From Candidatus Nealsonbacteria bacterium (GTDB lineage Bacteria > Patescibacteriota > Minisyncoccia > Minisyncoccales > RBG-13-36-15): a stretch of 64,000 nt of DNA. A program made the position numbers and the translations under genes. Below are positions 26,265 through 34,913 of this stretch, one piece after another; within the stretch, counting starts at the first letter, position 1, and each line of letters opens with the position of its first letter. Below the pieces are notes generated by a model, which was given only the letters and a program-made list of their open reading frames with translations, was not told the DNA's origin and searched no databases. The DNA lies in the NCBI GenBank assembly GCA_011050465.1, contig DRFQ01000001.1:37225-101224 (forward strand), written 5' to 3'.

Positions 26265-28010
26265 ATGCTGAATATCTTGAAACAAATTAAACAAAAAAGC
26301 GATGACCCGGTTTTGATTGAAAAGGCTTTTAATTTTGCAAGAAATGCCCACCAGGGACAAAAAAGATTTTCTGGTGATGATTATATTATTCATCCTTTAA
26401 AGGTGGCTTTAATTTTAGCCGGTAGAAACCTTGATTCCAAAACTATTGCTGCAGCTTTATTGCATGATGTACCCGACGATACCTCGGCGTCTTTGGATGA
26501 AATCGAAAAAGAATTTGGCAAAGAAGTTGCTTTTCTGGTTGACGGAGTAAGTAAATTAAGCAGGCTTCGTTATCCTAAAGTGTATAATCTTCCCCCTATC
26601 TCTATCTTTTCTGTTAGTCCTCAAGTAGAGAACCTAAGAAAAATGTTTTTTGCTATGGCTGAAGATTTAAGGGTGATTTTGATAAAACTGGCTGATCGTC
26701 TTCATAATATGGAAACATTAAAATATATGCCTAAAGAAAAACAGAAAAGATTTGCCTTAGAAACTTTAGAAATTTTCGCTCCAATAGCTGACAGATTAGG
26801 AATGGGCGAAATAAAAGTCCAGCTTGCAGACCTGGCTTTTCCTTATCTTTATCGTAAAGAGTACGAATGGTTAATAAAAAATGTAAAAGAAAAATATGAA
26901 AAAAGAGAGGGTTATTTGAAAAAAGTAGAGCCAATTATTAAAAAAATCTTAGAGAAAGAGGGAATAACTCCTTTAAATATCCACTCTCGAGTTAAATCAT
27001 ACTGGAGTCTTTATCAGAAGCTTTTAAAGCATGGCATGGATTTTGAAAGAATTTATGATCTAGTAGCTTTAAGAATTATTGTAAAAGATTTAGATTCTTG
27101 TTATAAGACCTTGGGAATTATACATAAACATTTCAAACCGCTTATAGGCAGAATTCAGGACTTTATTGCTCTTCCCAAGCCAAATGGCTATCAAAGCCTT
27201 CATACTACTTGCTTCTGTTTGGAGGGAAAACTAACTGAGCTTCAGATTAGAACTCCAAAAATGCATAATCGGGCCGAAAATGGAATTTGTGCTCATTGGG
27301 CTTATAAAGAAAAAGTAGATCTAAAGGCTCAACAAAATAAATATATTTGGATTCAACAATTAAAAGACTGGCAACAAAAAATTCACAGAACAAAAGAGTT
27401 TTTTGAAAGATTGAAAATTGATTTTTTTAAAAGTAGAATTTTTGTCTTCACGCCCAAGGGAGATGTGATCAATCTTCCCGAAGGAGCTTGCGCTATCGAT
27501 TTTGCCTACCATATTCATACTGAAATCGGAAACCATTGTGCCGGAGCGAAAGTCAACGGAAAGATAACTCAAGTATCAGCTCCGTTGAAAAATGGAGATG
27601 TGGTGGAAATTCTGGTTGATAAAAATAAAAAACCAAGCCGAAATTGGTTAAGATTCGTTAAAACCAATTTAGCCTACTCTCATATCAAAAAAGAGTTTAA
27701 AAATGGCTTCTTGGAATCTATTAGAGAGAGGTTTTTACCAAAAAGAATAACAAGACAAATATTTAAAAAGCCAAAGTTATTCGTTAAGCCCGGAATAAAA
27801 AAACCCCCTCAAATTATCTTAATCGGCGGGGAAACCGGTATTTCTTTTGCTCTCGCCAAATGTTGTGATCCTCGATCAGGAGATAACATCAAGGCTATCA
27901 TTGCAAAAACTAAAAATGCCTCTGTTCACAAAATTTCCTGTAAAAACTTAAAGAAGGCTCAATTACAACATCCTCAAAAAATTATTGAAGCTTCTTGGAA
28001 AAGACCCTAG
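26265..28010 (+). CDS. relA: bifunctional (p)ppGpp synthetase/hydrolase, RelA/SpoT family
   Basis: 581 aa with an HD domain (HPLKVA...LHDVPDDT), a synthetase domain (YQSLHTT), a TGS domain (VFTPKGDVINLPEGACAIDFAY) and an ACT-like C-terminus. Confidence 0.9.
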   Translation: MLNILKQIKQKSDDPVLIEKAFNFARNAHQGQKRFSGDDYIIHPLKVALILAGRNLDSKTIAAALLHDVPDDTSASLDEIEKEFGKEVAFLVDGVSKLSRLRYPKVYNLPPISIFSVSPQVENLRKMFFAMAEDLRVILIKLADRLHNMETLKYMPKEKQKRFALETLEIFAPIADRLGMGEIKVQLADLAFPYLYRKEYEWLIKNVKEKYEKREGYLKKVEPIIKKILEKEGITPLNIHSRVKSYWSLYQKLLKHGMDFERIYDLVALRIIVKDLDSCYKTLGIIHKHFKPLIGRIQDFIALPKPNGYQSLHTTCFCLEGKLTELQIRTPKMHNRAENGICAHWAYKEKVDLKAQQNKYIWIQQLKDWQQKIHRTKEFFERLKIDFFKSRIFVFTPKGDVINLPEGACAIDFAYHIHTEIGNHCAGAKVNGKITQVSAPLKNGDVVEILVDKNKKPSRNWLRFVKTNLAYSHIKKEFKNGFLESIRERFLPKRITRQIFKKPKLFVKPGIKKPPQIILIGGETGISFALAKCCDPRSGDNIKAIIAKTKNASVHKISCKNLKKAQLQHPQKIIEASWKRP

Positions 28011-28149
28011 GTTGATAAAAACCGGAATCTTTGTTAAATTAAAATTGGACCTTGGCCAGGTTGGCTGAGTTCTCCATAGTTTATCGCAAGAAATAAGCAA
28101 AAGTATATTCTTTCTGTACTGGTGATTTTAACCCAACTAACTCTAACTG

Positions 28150-28233
28150 GCCGCGGTGGCGGAATTGGTTTACGCGTACGACTCAAAATCGTATGACCGA
28201 AAGGTCGTGTGGGTTCGAGTCCCACCCGCGGCA
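28150..28233 (+). tRNA. tRNA-Leu (anticodon CAA), type II with long variable arm, CCA not encoded
   Basis: Manual fold. Acceptor GCCGCGG/CCGCGGC, anticodon stem TACGA/TCGTA with loop CTCAAAA, variable arm GACC-GAAA-GGTC, T-arm GTGGG-TTCGAGT-CCCAC, discriminator A. Confidence 0.95.
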
Positions 28234-28245
28234 CTGATTTTAAAA

Positions 28246-28490
28246 ATGAAGTCCTCGAGAAAAATAGAAAAAATCCGAAAGAAAGCTGAAGAAAAGATGA
28301 TTACTTTAATCTTGGTCGGATTTGAATTGGTAGCGGCTCTGGCCTGGAATGATGCCATTAGACCCCGTTCAATGTTCTCTTCCTAAAAGGAAGAGGAGTG
28401 GCCGGAAAGTTTATGTATGCCGTGCTCATTACGGTGATTGCGGTTATTATTTCTTTACAATTAAAGAAAATTTCCGAAAAGAAAGAATAA
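28246..28490 (+). pseudogene. small membrane protein gene (LAWNDAI-motif family, DUF5654-like from memory) split by a frameshift at a C-run
   Basis: Frame 1 gives MKSSRKIEKIRKKAEEKMITLILVGFELVAALAWNDAIRPRSMFSS*. A -1/+2 frame continues ...FNVLFLKGRGVAGKFMYAVLITVIAVIISLQLKKISEKKE* (a second TM helix). The switch is at CCCC, 28363-28366. Confidence 0.45.
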
Positions 28491-28968
28491 TCAAAAGAGC
28501 TGAGAGGATACCAACGATTGCCCCAGCCAAAATATCTGATGACCAATGAACTCCGGTGAAAATCCGAGGAATAGTAATTAAAAAGCTGGCCATAAAGAAC
28601 AGAAGGCCGGCCTTTTTGTTATAAAAATAGATAATTGTAGCAATGGCAAAAAAGAAGGCAGCATGGCCCGAAGGAAAGGCGGATTGATTCAGACGGTCTA
28701 AAAGTAAATTAATATGATTGTCAACAAATGGTCTTGGTCTTTCCCAAAACAAACGAATAGTATCTACAATAATGAACCTTGCCAAAATCGCGGATAAAAA
28801 GGACAAGGTTACCATCTGACGATATTTTTTAAAATTTTTAACTAAAAATAAAAGTAATAAAAAAACTAAAATATAACCAAAGTATTTGGCGAAAAAAATA
28901 GTCAAAACGTCCAACCAAAACCATCGTAAAGCAAATTGATTAATTTGTTGAAAAATAAATAAATCCAA
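28447..28968 (-). CDS. PAP2-family phosphatase (undecaprenyl-diphosphatase-like)
   Basis: 173 aa with PAP2 motifs WERPRP, PSGHAAF and RIFTGVHWSSDILAG. Confidence 0.8.
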   Translation of the reverse strand: MDLFIFQQINQFALRWFWLDVLTIFFAKYFGYILVFLLLLFLVKNFKKYRQMVTLSFLSAILARFIIVDTIRLFWERPRPFVDNHINLLLDRLNQSAFPSGHAAFFFAIATIIYFYNKKAGLLFFMASFLITIPRIFTGVHWSSDILAGAIVGILSALLIILSFRKFSLIVKK

Positions 28969-29101
28969 ATTGTGTTGCGAGAATTTAAATTTTTAAATCT
29001 TCGCTAGCAGGACAATTCAATTCTAACAAATTGGAAGATAAAAAGAAAAGATATCCCATTACCATTTTTATGTTTATGTAGTCAAAAGTAAAAAGGATAA
29101 T

Positions 29102-29129
29102 ACTACGGTTCACATATATGTGAACCGTA
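29102..29129 (-). terminator. perfect 28-bp palindrome downstream of the 442-aa gene
   Basis: CTACGGTTCACATATATGTGAACCGTAG. On the minus strand it is followed by TATTATCCTTTTT. Confidence 0.55.
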
Positions 29130-29192
29130 GATGCAAGCTGCAGGGTTCTGACTTCTGCAGTTTAGTTATTTGAAGATTCTTATCTTTCTCTT

Positions 29193-30521
29193 TTACCGAC
29201 CTAAAATATCGTTAATCTTAGCTCGGGTAGTTGAACCAACAAAACCAGTACCTTCCGTTAATCCCCAAGGAGCTAAGATATCTTCAGCATATTTTTCCTG
29301 AAAGCGAATTACTGCCTTCTTAGTTAAAGGACCAAACCAACCAGACACTATGCCTTCAGGATAAATCTCAGGACCTTGGGCTTTTAAGAAGATCTGTAAG
29401 TATCTGACGTCATCATTTGTCTGGTCATATTTAAGATTAATGGTGAATCTGTAATTAGTTGGGATTTCTTCAGTGACCTCCTTTTCCAAAAGTTGTTGAA
29501 GCTGAACTTTTAATTGGTTAATCTTTTCTGAAATTTCAGCAATCTTTTGTTTAAGTTCCTCAACGGTCATCTCAACAATTGGTTTTTCTTTTATCTCTCC
29601 CATTAGGGCAAACAAAGTAAAGTGGATGGTCTGGGCAGTGACAGTGTTAGTTAATGTGTTAACTTCGCTTTTCAATGGTTTCCAGCTTTTAGTAGTTTTA
29701 TCCCACCAGTAAATCTTGAGAGTCTTTTCATCAACCCCGACTTCTTTTACTTTTGCATCTGTATAGGTAAAAGTAATCGCCACTACTCCCTCAAATTTTT
29801 CTAATTCTTCTCCTCCAGAAAGAGCTGTAAAATCAGCTACTAAGTCACCAACTATTTTAGTATTTTTAGGTAAGGGATTGGTTTTAATTGCCTCAACTTT
29901 ATCTTTTGGCTCAATTTTAACTACCACTGTTCCCTTAATGCTGTAGGAAGGAAAAACTACTTTAGCTAACTCTCCAGATTCAAAGGTTTTTCTAACCTCT
30001 CCTCCTAAATTTTGATAAACATTACCTTGACCGGTAGTGCTGACTGGTGGAGAAATAACTCCACCACCACCAGTAACAACAACTGTTTTTCTCCAGCTTG
30101 TATTAATATTGCAATTAGCACAACTAAAACTAATCCAGCCCACATTTTCTCCCCAGGCATAACCTGAAAAATCACCGGTTGAACCATCAATAATTACCTG
30201 AGAACCAGTGGGATTGAAATTTATCCAACCAACATTCTCGCCCCAGGCATATCCTGAAAGATTACCCTGACCGTCATTGGTTACCCCGCCATAAGTAGGG
30301 TTGAGATTAATCCAACCAACATTTTCTCCCCAGGCATAGCCAGCAACTGCGCTATTTGTTACCGTTACCCCCTCGCCCTGGCTGGGATTAAAGTTGATCC
30401 AGCCCGCGTTTTCTCCCCAAGCGTAACCCGTGGTGTTTCCGGCAGCCCAAACTGGAAAGGCGAAGAAAAATCCTACCCATAAAATGACGGCAAGGAGAGT
30501 ATATTTTGTATTTTGGAACAT
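29193..30521 (-). CDS. secreted repeat protein with C-terminal peptidoglycan-binding domain
   Basis: 442 aa. It has a signal peptide (...FAFPVWAAG), four GYAWGENxGWI(N/S)F repeats, a coiled-coil segment, and a C-terminal PG_binding_1-like motif (VRYLQIFLKAQG...GWFGPLTKKAVIRFQEKY). Confidence 0.7.
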   Translation of the reverse strand: MFQNTKYTLLAVILWVGFFFAFPVWAAGNTTGYAWGENAGWINFNPSQGEGVTVTNSAVAGYAWGENVGWINLNPTYGGVTNDGQGNLSGYAWGENVGWINFNPTGSQVIIDGSTGDFSGYAWGENVGWISFSCANCNINTSWRKTVVVTGGGGVISPPVSTTGQGNVYQNLGGEVRKTFESGELAKVVFPSYSIKGTVVVKIEPKDKVEAIKTNPLPKNTKIVGDLVADFTALSGGEELEKFEGVVAITFTYTDAKVKEVGVDEKTLKIYWWDKTTKSWKPLKSEVNTLTNTVTAQTIHFTLFALMGEIKEKPIVEMTVEELKQKIAEISEKINQLKVQLQQLLEKEVTEEIPTNYRFTINLKYDQTNDDVRYLQIFLKAQGPEIYPEGIVSGWFGPLTKKAVIRFQEKYAEDILAPWGLTEGTGFVGSTTRAKINDILGR

Positions 30522-30853
30522 ATAACCTGGAATTTATAACTTATAACTTTCTTAGAATGCCCAATACCATCTGCTCCAACGTCTTCAGTTAATTCCATTG
30601 CTCTTCCATAGTTCTTTTTAGATACATAATTTTCGACCAAAGAAAAATGTAATAGATATTTGGCTTTCTTAAGTGATCCGTACGAGGTTTCTAAAAAATT
30701 CTTGTAGACATTATCCATTTTTCTGGCATAACCTTCAATGTAGTCTAAGACTATCGAAAGAGCAGCTCTTCGTAACTAAGAAGTTACTCCGTATAATTCA
30801 TCTCTGGGAAAATCTTTAGTAATTTTATAAACCAAATGAGCAAACTCATCCAT
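30473..30853 (-). pseudogene. four-helix-bundle protein (23S rRNA-IVS protein / DGR Avd family) with in-frame TAG
   Basis: My translation from the ATG at 30851-30853 gives MDEFAHLVYKITKDFPRDELYGVTS*LRRAALSIVLDYIEGYARKMDNVYKNFLETSYGSLKKAKYLL... The TAG at 30776-30778 replaces the conserved Gln of the ...SQLRRAAxSI...EG motif. The track only lists the downstream 81-aa part. Confidence 0.65.
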
Positions 30854-30926
30854 TTTAAATTACAAATGACTATGAAATTGGATCATAAATTCACGGGTTA
30901 CAGGTTAAGATACAAATTACAAGATT

Positions 30927-32636
30927 CTACCCGCGGACGCAACGGACATACAAAAGAAAAGTATCCTTATCGTAGCCGTCCACGCCGCCGGTGCCGAAGA
31001 ACACGACCCAGGCGCCGGCAGGGTTACCGACGAAGGTAGAACCCGACCAATAGTAGCTAGACTGAGTAGCGGGGAAATAAGTGGTGTTAATAGCTGGGCT
31101 AACATTTTGGTAATTAACAATGCTTTGCAGTTCTTTTATATTGGGCAATCTCCAGTCAGTCTGGCCGGCAAAATTAAGTCCTTCGCAGTACGAAGGAGCA
31201 GCTGCCCAATAATTAGTTTCAATCGTACCGGTGGTGCAAGTTGAGCCGGAAAGGCCTTTTGAACATTTCTGCCACATTAAATTAGTGTTGTTATCGGTGA
31301 TGGTCTCGTCTCCGTTGTCAGTAAATGACGGATCGAGGGTCCCGGAGTTTGCAGCAGTGTATTCAGCATCCTGCCCCGCTGGAGCATCACCGCAGGTTAT
31401 TGAGCCTCCCGTTGTGTTCCAACAGCCGGTTTGACCAGTATCGGGAAGAAGCCTTTTAAAGGTTCCGGCCACCCCAAATATGGAAATTCCGCTTTTAATG
31501 TTGCCTGCAGTCAGATCAGCATCTCCTTCAGCATAACCAGTGCCATTGTGATAACCTTGGGTAATGGTCAGGTTAGTAGTCGAGGGAGTAATAGTCTGCT
31601 GACCGACATTAGTCATTGTGCCGGTTAAAAGAGCGCCGGCTTTTGTCCAGGCCTCAAGTCCTGAGAGGATGTTGCCAACCACAGCGTCACCAGCCCCAGT
31701 ATCCCCGGGTAGAGCATAAGTGGCCGAAGGATAATCGCCGGTTAGTCCTACGCCAAAAAGAGTGTCTTTTTTTACCGTGCCAACAGTAAGATTGGCCGCG
31801 TTGTAAGTTCCGGCTCCGGCAGCCGTAGTTAAAACCGTGCTCTGGATTGTATCGCCGTAAGGATAACCGGCTGTAACGGTTCCGGCGATTCCAAAAATGG
31901 TTTTCCCGCTCAAAATATTGCCTGCTATCAAATCAATATCCACCGCGTCCAATGTTGTCGCGCTGTAATAGCCGGCGCTTACAGAGGTAGTGGCGGCTGA
32001 TAAAGTTTGAGTCGGCATTGTGCCGGTGATAAGCGCGCCTGCCTTGCTCCAAGCTTCCAAACCGCTTAAAATATCTGCGGCAGTACTGTCAGCAGCCGCG
32101 GTATCCCCGGGCAGAGTATAAGTGGCCGAAGGATAATCGCCAATCACGCTGAAAAGATCTACCCCGCTTTTTATCTTGCCCACAGTCAAATCAGCATCTC
32201 CTTCAGCATATCCTGTCCCATCGTGATAACCTAAGGTAATGGTCTGATTGGTTGTAGTGGGAGTAATAATCTGTTGTCCTACATTAGTCATTGTGCCAGC
32301 TACTCCCAAATAAGAAGTGCCAGAAAGCACTTTAGCAGCATCAATGGTGGGGATAGCTTCGTAAATCTGGGTGAGAGTATACATTGAGGAAGCTGGTGAG
32401 ACTGAAGGAGAAAATGAATGATCGCCTTCAGTGGAAGTAGCGTTGGTAGTTAAACGGGTATAGATATTTGAAAGGGTATACATAGTGGCTGCCGGCGAAG
32501 CCGAGGGTTCAAGATTGCCGGCTTTGACGATAACGAAGACAATGGCTACAGAAATGATGATGGTGACAAAACTTAGGAAAATTGTCCTGAATCTGTTCAT
32601 AGTTTTACGCAAAAATACAAAGTATTTCTTTTGCAC
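30927..32636 (-). CDS. membrane-anchored surface protein with internal duplications and a C-terminal DUF1566/C-type-lectin-fold domain (DGR-target type)
   Basis: 569 aa with an N-terminal TM anchor and repeated modules. The C-terminus is ...DWRLPNIKELQSI...YYWSGSTFVGNPAGAWVVFFGTGGVDGYDKDTFLLYVRCVRG*. The gene is visibly more GC-rich than its surroundings. Confidence 0.7.
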   Translation of the reverse strand: MQKKYFVFLRKTMNRFRTIFLSFVTIIISVAIVFVIVKAGNLEPSASPAATMYTLSNIYTRLTTNATSTEGDHSFSPSVSPASSMYTLTQIYEAIPTIDAAKVLSGTSYLGVAGTMTNVGQQIITPTTTNQTITLGYHDGTGYAEGDADLTVGKIKSGVDLFSVIGDYPSATYTLPGDTAAADSTAADILSGLEAWSKAGALITGTMPTQTLSAATTSVSAGYYSATTLDAVDIDLIAGNILSGKTIFGIAGTVTAGYPYGDTIQSTVLTTAAGAGTYNAANLTVGTVKKDTLFGVGLTGDYPSATYALPGDTGAGDAVVGNILSGLEAWTKAGALLTGTMTNVGQQTITPSTTNLTITQGYHNGTGYAEGDADLTAGNIKSGISIFGVAGTFKRLLPDTGQTGCWNTTGGSITCGDAPAGQDAEYTAANSGTLDPSFTDNGDETITDNNTNLMWQKCSKGLSGSTCTTGTIETNYWAAAPSYCEGLNFAGQTDWRLPNIKELQSIVNYQNVSPAINTTYFPATQSSYYWSGSTFVGNPAGAWVVFFGTGGVDGYDKDTFLLYVRCVRG

Positions 32637-32819
32637 TGAAAAGCAGATATTTTGTATTTAAGCGGTTAGTTTTATTATGTTTTATTTCTCTTAAAGAGAG
32701 ATTGTGTGTTGCATTTTGCATAGTTTCTTATATTATTGTTCTTATTCTAATAATATCATAGCACAGAGAAAAAAAGGAAGTTCAATCCTCATTCTACTTG
32801 CTCCTAAGATTTAATACTC

Positions 32820-33644
32820 CTATTTGTTAAGGTTTACTAAATTTTTAATTACAAAGGCTACTGTAAGCGGACCAACCCCTCCTGGCACTGGAGTGATATA
32901 ACTTGTTTTTTTGGAAACACTTTTAAAATCTACATCTCCTACTAACTTTCCCTCCAGATAACTTGAGCCACAATCAATAACTATTACTCCCCTCTTTGTC
33001 ATCTTGGCAGTGATGAGATTTGATTTCCCAACGCCGGAAATTAAAATGTCAGCTTTTTTGGTAAACGAAGAAATATTTGGGGTAAATTTATTAATAACTG
33101 TCAAGGTTCCCCCCTTTTTTAAAATCCATAGGGTTAAGGGTAAGCCGGTCAATTTCCCTGAGCCAATTAGAACCACATTCTTTCTTTTAATTCTTAAATT
33201 ATAAATTGTAAAAAGATAAGAAATTGCCTTAACGACGGGAGGTAAAATTTTTGAAGTTCCTTGATAAAATCTTCCCAAACTCTCAGTTGATAAAACATCA
33301 ACATCTTTGCGTGAAGGAATTAGATTTAAAACTTTATTTGTATCTATATTTTTCGGTAAGGGGAGTTGAATTATTACTCCCGAATTTTTTGAGTTCTTAC
33401 TAATTCTTCTAACCTCTTTTTGAAGTCTATTTTGGCTGATTTTTTTTGGGAAATTATATAACCTAAAATTAACTCCAGTATTTTCACAAAACTTTTTCTT
33501 TTGGCTGATGAAAATTTTAGAAACAGGTTCTTCTCCCACTAAAACTACGGCTAATCTTAACCTCAGATTAGATTTTTTAATCTCTTTTCTAAGAACATCG
33601 GAGATTTTTCCTGCTAATTTTTTGCCATCTAATATTTTGGTCAT
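32820..33644 (-). CDS. folD: bifunctional methylene-THF dehydrogenase / methenyl-THF cyclohydrolase
   Basis: 274 aa with ILDGKKLA..., VIIQLPLP and TPVPGGVGPLTVA motifs. Confidence 0.9.
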   Translation of the reverse strand: MTKILDGKKLAGKISDVLRKEIKKSNLRLRLAVVLVGEEPVSKIFISQKKKFCENTGVNFRLYNFPKKISQNRLQKEVRRISKNSKNSGVIIQLPLPKNIDTNKVLNLIPSRKDVDVLSTESLGRFYQGTSKILPPVVKAISYLFTIYNLRIKRKNVVLIGSGKLTGLPLTLWILKKGGTLTVINKFTPNISSFTKKADILISGVGKSNLITAKMTKRGVIVIDCGSSYLEGKLVGDVDFKSVSKKTSYITPVPGGVGPLTVAFVIKNLVNLNK

Positions 33645-34909
33645 TATAGTAGAGGAAATTTCTTACACAATTTTTTTATTTCTCTTTTCACCCGCCTAAG
33701 TTTTGCTTCGCAAAATTTTGGCGGGTTAATTTTTGAACTTTCAATAACTTCGTTAATCCAATAAGCTATCTTTCGCATCTCCTTTTCCTTCATCCCTCGG
33801 CTGGTAAGAGATGGCGTTCCAATTCTTAATCCCGAAGGGTCAAAAGGCTTTCTCTGGTCGTAGGGAATTCCATTTTTATTGGTTACTATCCCAACCTTTT
33901 CTAATAAATTCTGGGCTTCTTTGCCCGAAAGTCCTTTATTGGTTAAATTAATTAGAATCAAGTGGTTATCGGTTCCTCCGGAGATTAAATCGAAATTGTA
34001 TTTCTTGAGTTCTTCAGCCAAGACTTTAGCGTTTTTCACTATTTGTTGAATATATTTCTTAAATTGCGGTTTTTGGGCTTCTTTTAGCGCAACACCAAGA
34101 GCGCAAATTGTGTGATTATGTGGTCCTCCTTGAATTCCGGGGAAAACTTTCGGAAAAATCTTTTTCCGTAATGCTTCCCTGCAGATAATTATTGCTCCTC
34201 GCGGCCCCCTTAGAGTTTTATGTGTGGTTAAAGTCACAACATCTGCAAAAGGAAAAGGGCTGGGATGTACAGAGCCTGCAATTAAACCTGAAATATGGGC
34301 GATATCAGCCATTAAGTAAGCTGTAATCTTATGGGCAATCTGGGCGAATTTTTTAAAATTTACTTTTCTTGGATAAGCGCTGTATCCTGTAATAATTAAC
34401 TTTGGTCGTTCTTTTTTAGCTAATTTTTCGATTTCTCTATAATCTAAAAATCCTTTTTTATTTACAAAATAATTAACAACTTTGAAATCCTGGCCGGAAA
34501 GAGAAACTTTTGCCCCTTGGCTTAGATGGCCGCCATGACTCAAGGCCAGGCTCATAATTTTATCGCCAGGATTTAAAAGTCCTCTTAAAACTGCGTAATT
34601 TGCCAGACTTCCAGAATAAGGCTGAACATTTACTGCCCATTTTTTTGGACTTATCTTAAAAACTTTTTTTACTCTTTCTTCAACTAACGTCTCTAATTCA
34701 TCAATAATCCTTGTCCCCCCGTAATATCTCTTATATGGCCTCCCCTCAGAGTATTTGGCAATAAAGAGCGAGCTTAGAGCCTCTCTGACAGCTGTCGAAG
34801 CATAGTTTTCAGAAGCTATTAAATTCAAAGTCTCTTCGTGCCTTTTTCTTTCTTTGTCAATAAGAGCTGCAATTTTAGGATCTTTCTTTCGAATAATTTT
34901 AATGTCCAT
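33644..34909 (-). CDS. glyA: serine hydroxymethyltransferase
   Basis: 421 aa with LIASENY, the PLP-lysine region TLTTHKTLRGPRG, and GGPHNH. Confidence 0.95.
   Translation of the reverse strand: MDIKIIRKKDPKIAALIDKERKRHEETLNLIASENYASTAVREALSSLFIAKYSEGRPYKRYYGGTRIIDELETLVEERVKKVFKISPKKWAVNVQPYSGSLANYAVLRGLLNPGDKIMSLALSHGGHLSQGAKVSLSGQDFKVVNYFVNKKGFLDYREIEKLAKKERPKLIITGYSAYPRKVNFKKFAQIAHKITAYLMADIAHISGLIAGSVHPSPFPFADVVTLTTHKTLRGPRGAIIICREALRKKIFPKVFPGIQGGPHNHTICALGVALKEAQKPQFKKYIQQIVKNAKVLAEELKKYNFDLISGGTDNHLILINLTNKGLSGKEAQNLLEKVGIVTNKNGIPYDQRKPFDPSGLRIGTPSLTSRGMKEKEMRKIAYWINEVIESSKINPPKFCEAKLRRVKREIKKLCKKFPLL
33690..33726. repeat. 37-bp palindromic element inside glyA coding sequence
   Basis: ACCCGCCTAAGTTTTGCTTCGCAAAATTTTGGCGGGT, translated in-frame as PPKFCEAKLRRV. 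A homologous copy lies at 35378-35414. Confidence 0.85.
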
Positions 34910-34913
34910 AAAA

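Noticed and set aside
28044-28080. tRNA-like 5' fragment (GGACCTTGGCCAGGTTGGCTGAG) upstream of tRNA-Leu
   Set aside because: It resembles a D-arm of type II tRNAs, but no anticodon arm, T-arm or acceptor partner follows. It is possibly a decayed remnant and is not supportable as a gene.
28034-28386. ORFs 28034..28234(-), 28156..28386(+, N-terminal part) and 28170..28358(-) overlapping the tRNA
   Set aside because: These are translations of the tRNA-Leu sequence and its flanks. Only the part from the ATG at 28246 is a plausible (frameshifted) gene.
30836-31120. Arg-rich 67-aa plus-strand ORF (…RSRPRRRCRRTRPRRRQGYRRR) and an overlapping minus-strand alternative-frame ORF at the VR-like region
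   Set aside because: They are the antisense or alternative frames of the GC-rich, A-depleted C-terminus of the 569-aa gene, so they are a composition artefact.
30473-32820. A complete DGR cassette (TR plus reverse transcriptase)
   Set aside because: I looked for a second copy of the VR-like 126 nt and for any ORF with RT-like motifs, both around the locus and in all GC-rich patches (25.2 kb, 46.9-47.4 kb, 59.9 kb). None was found, so only target-like and Avd-like parts are reported.
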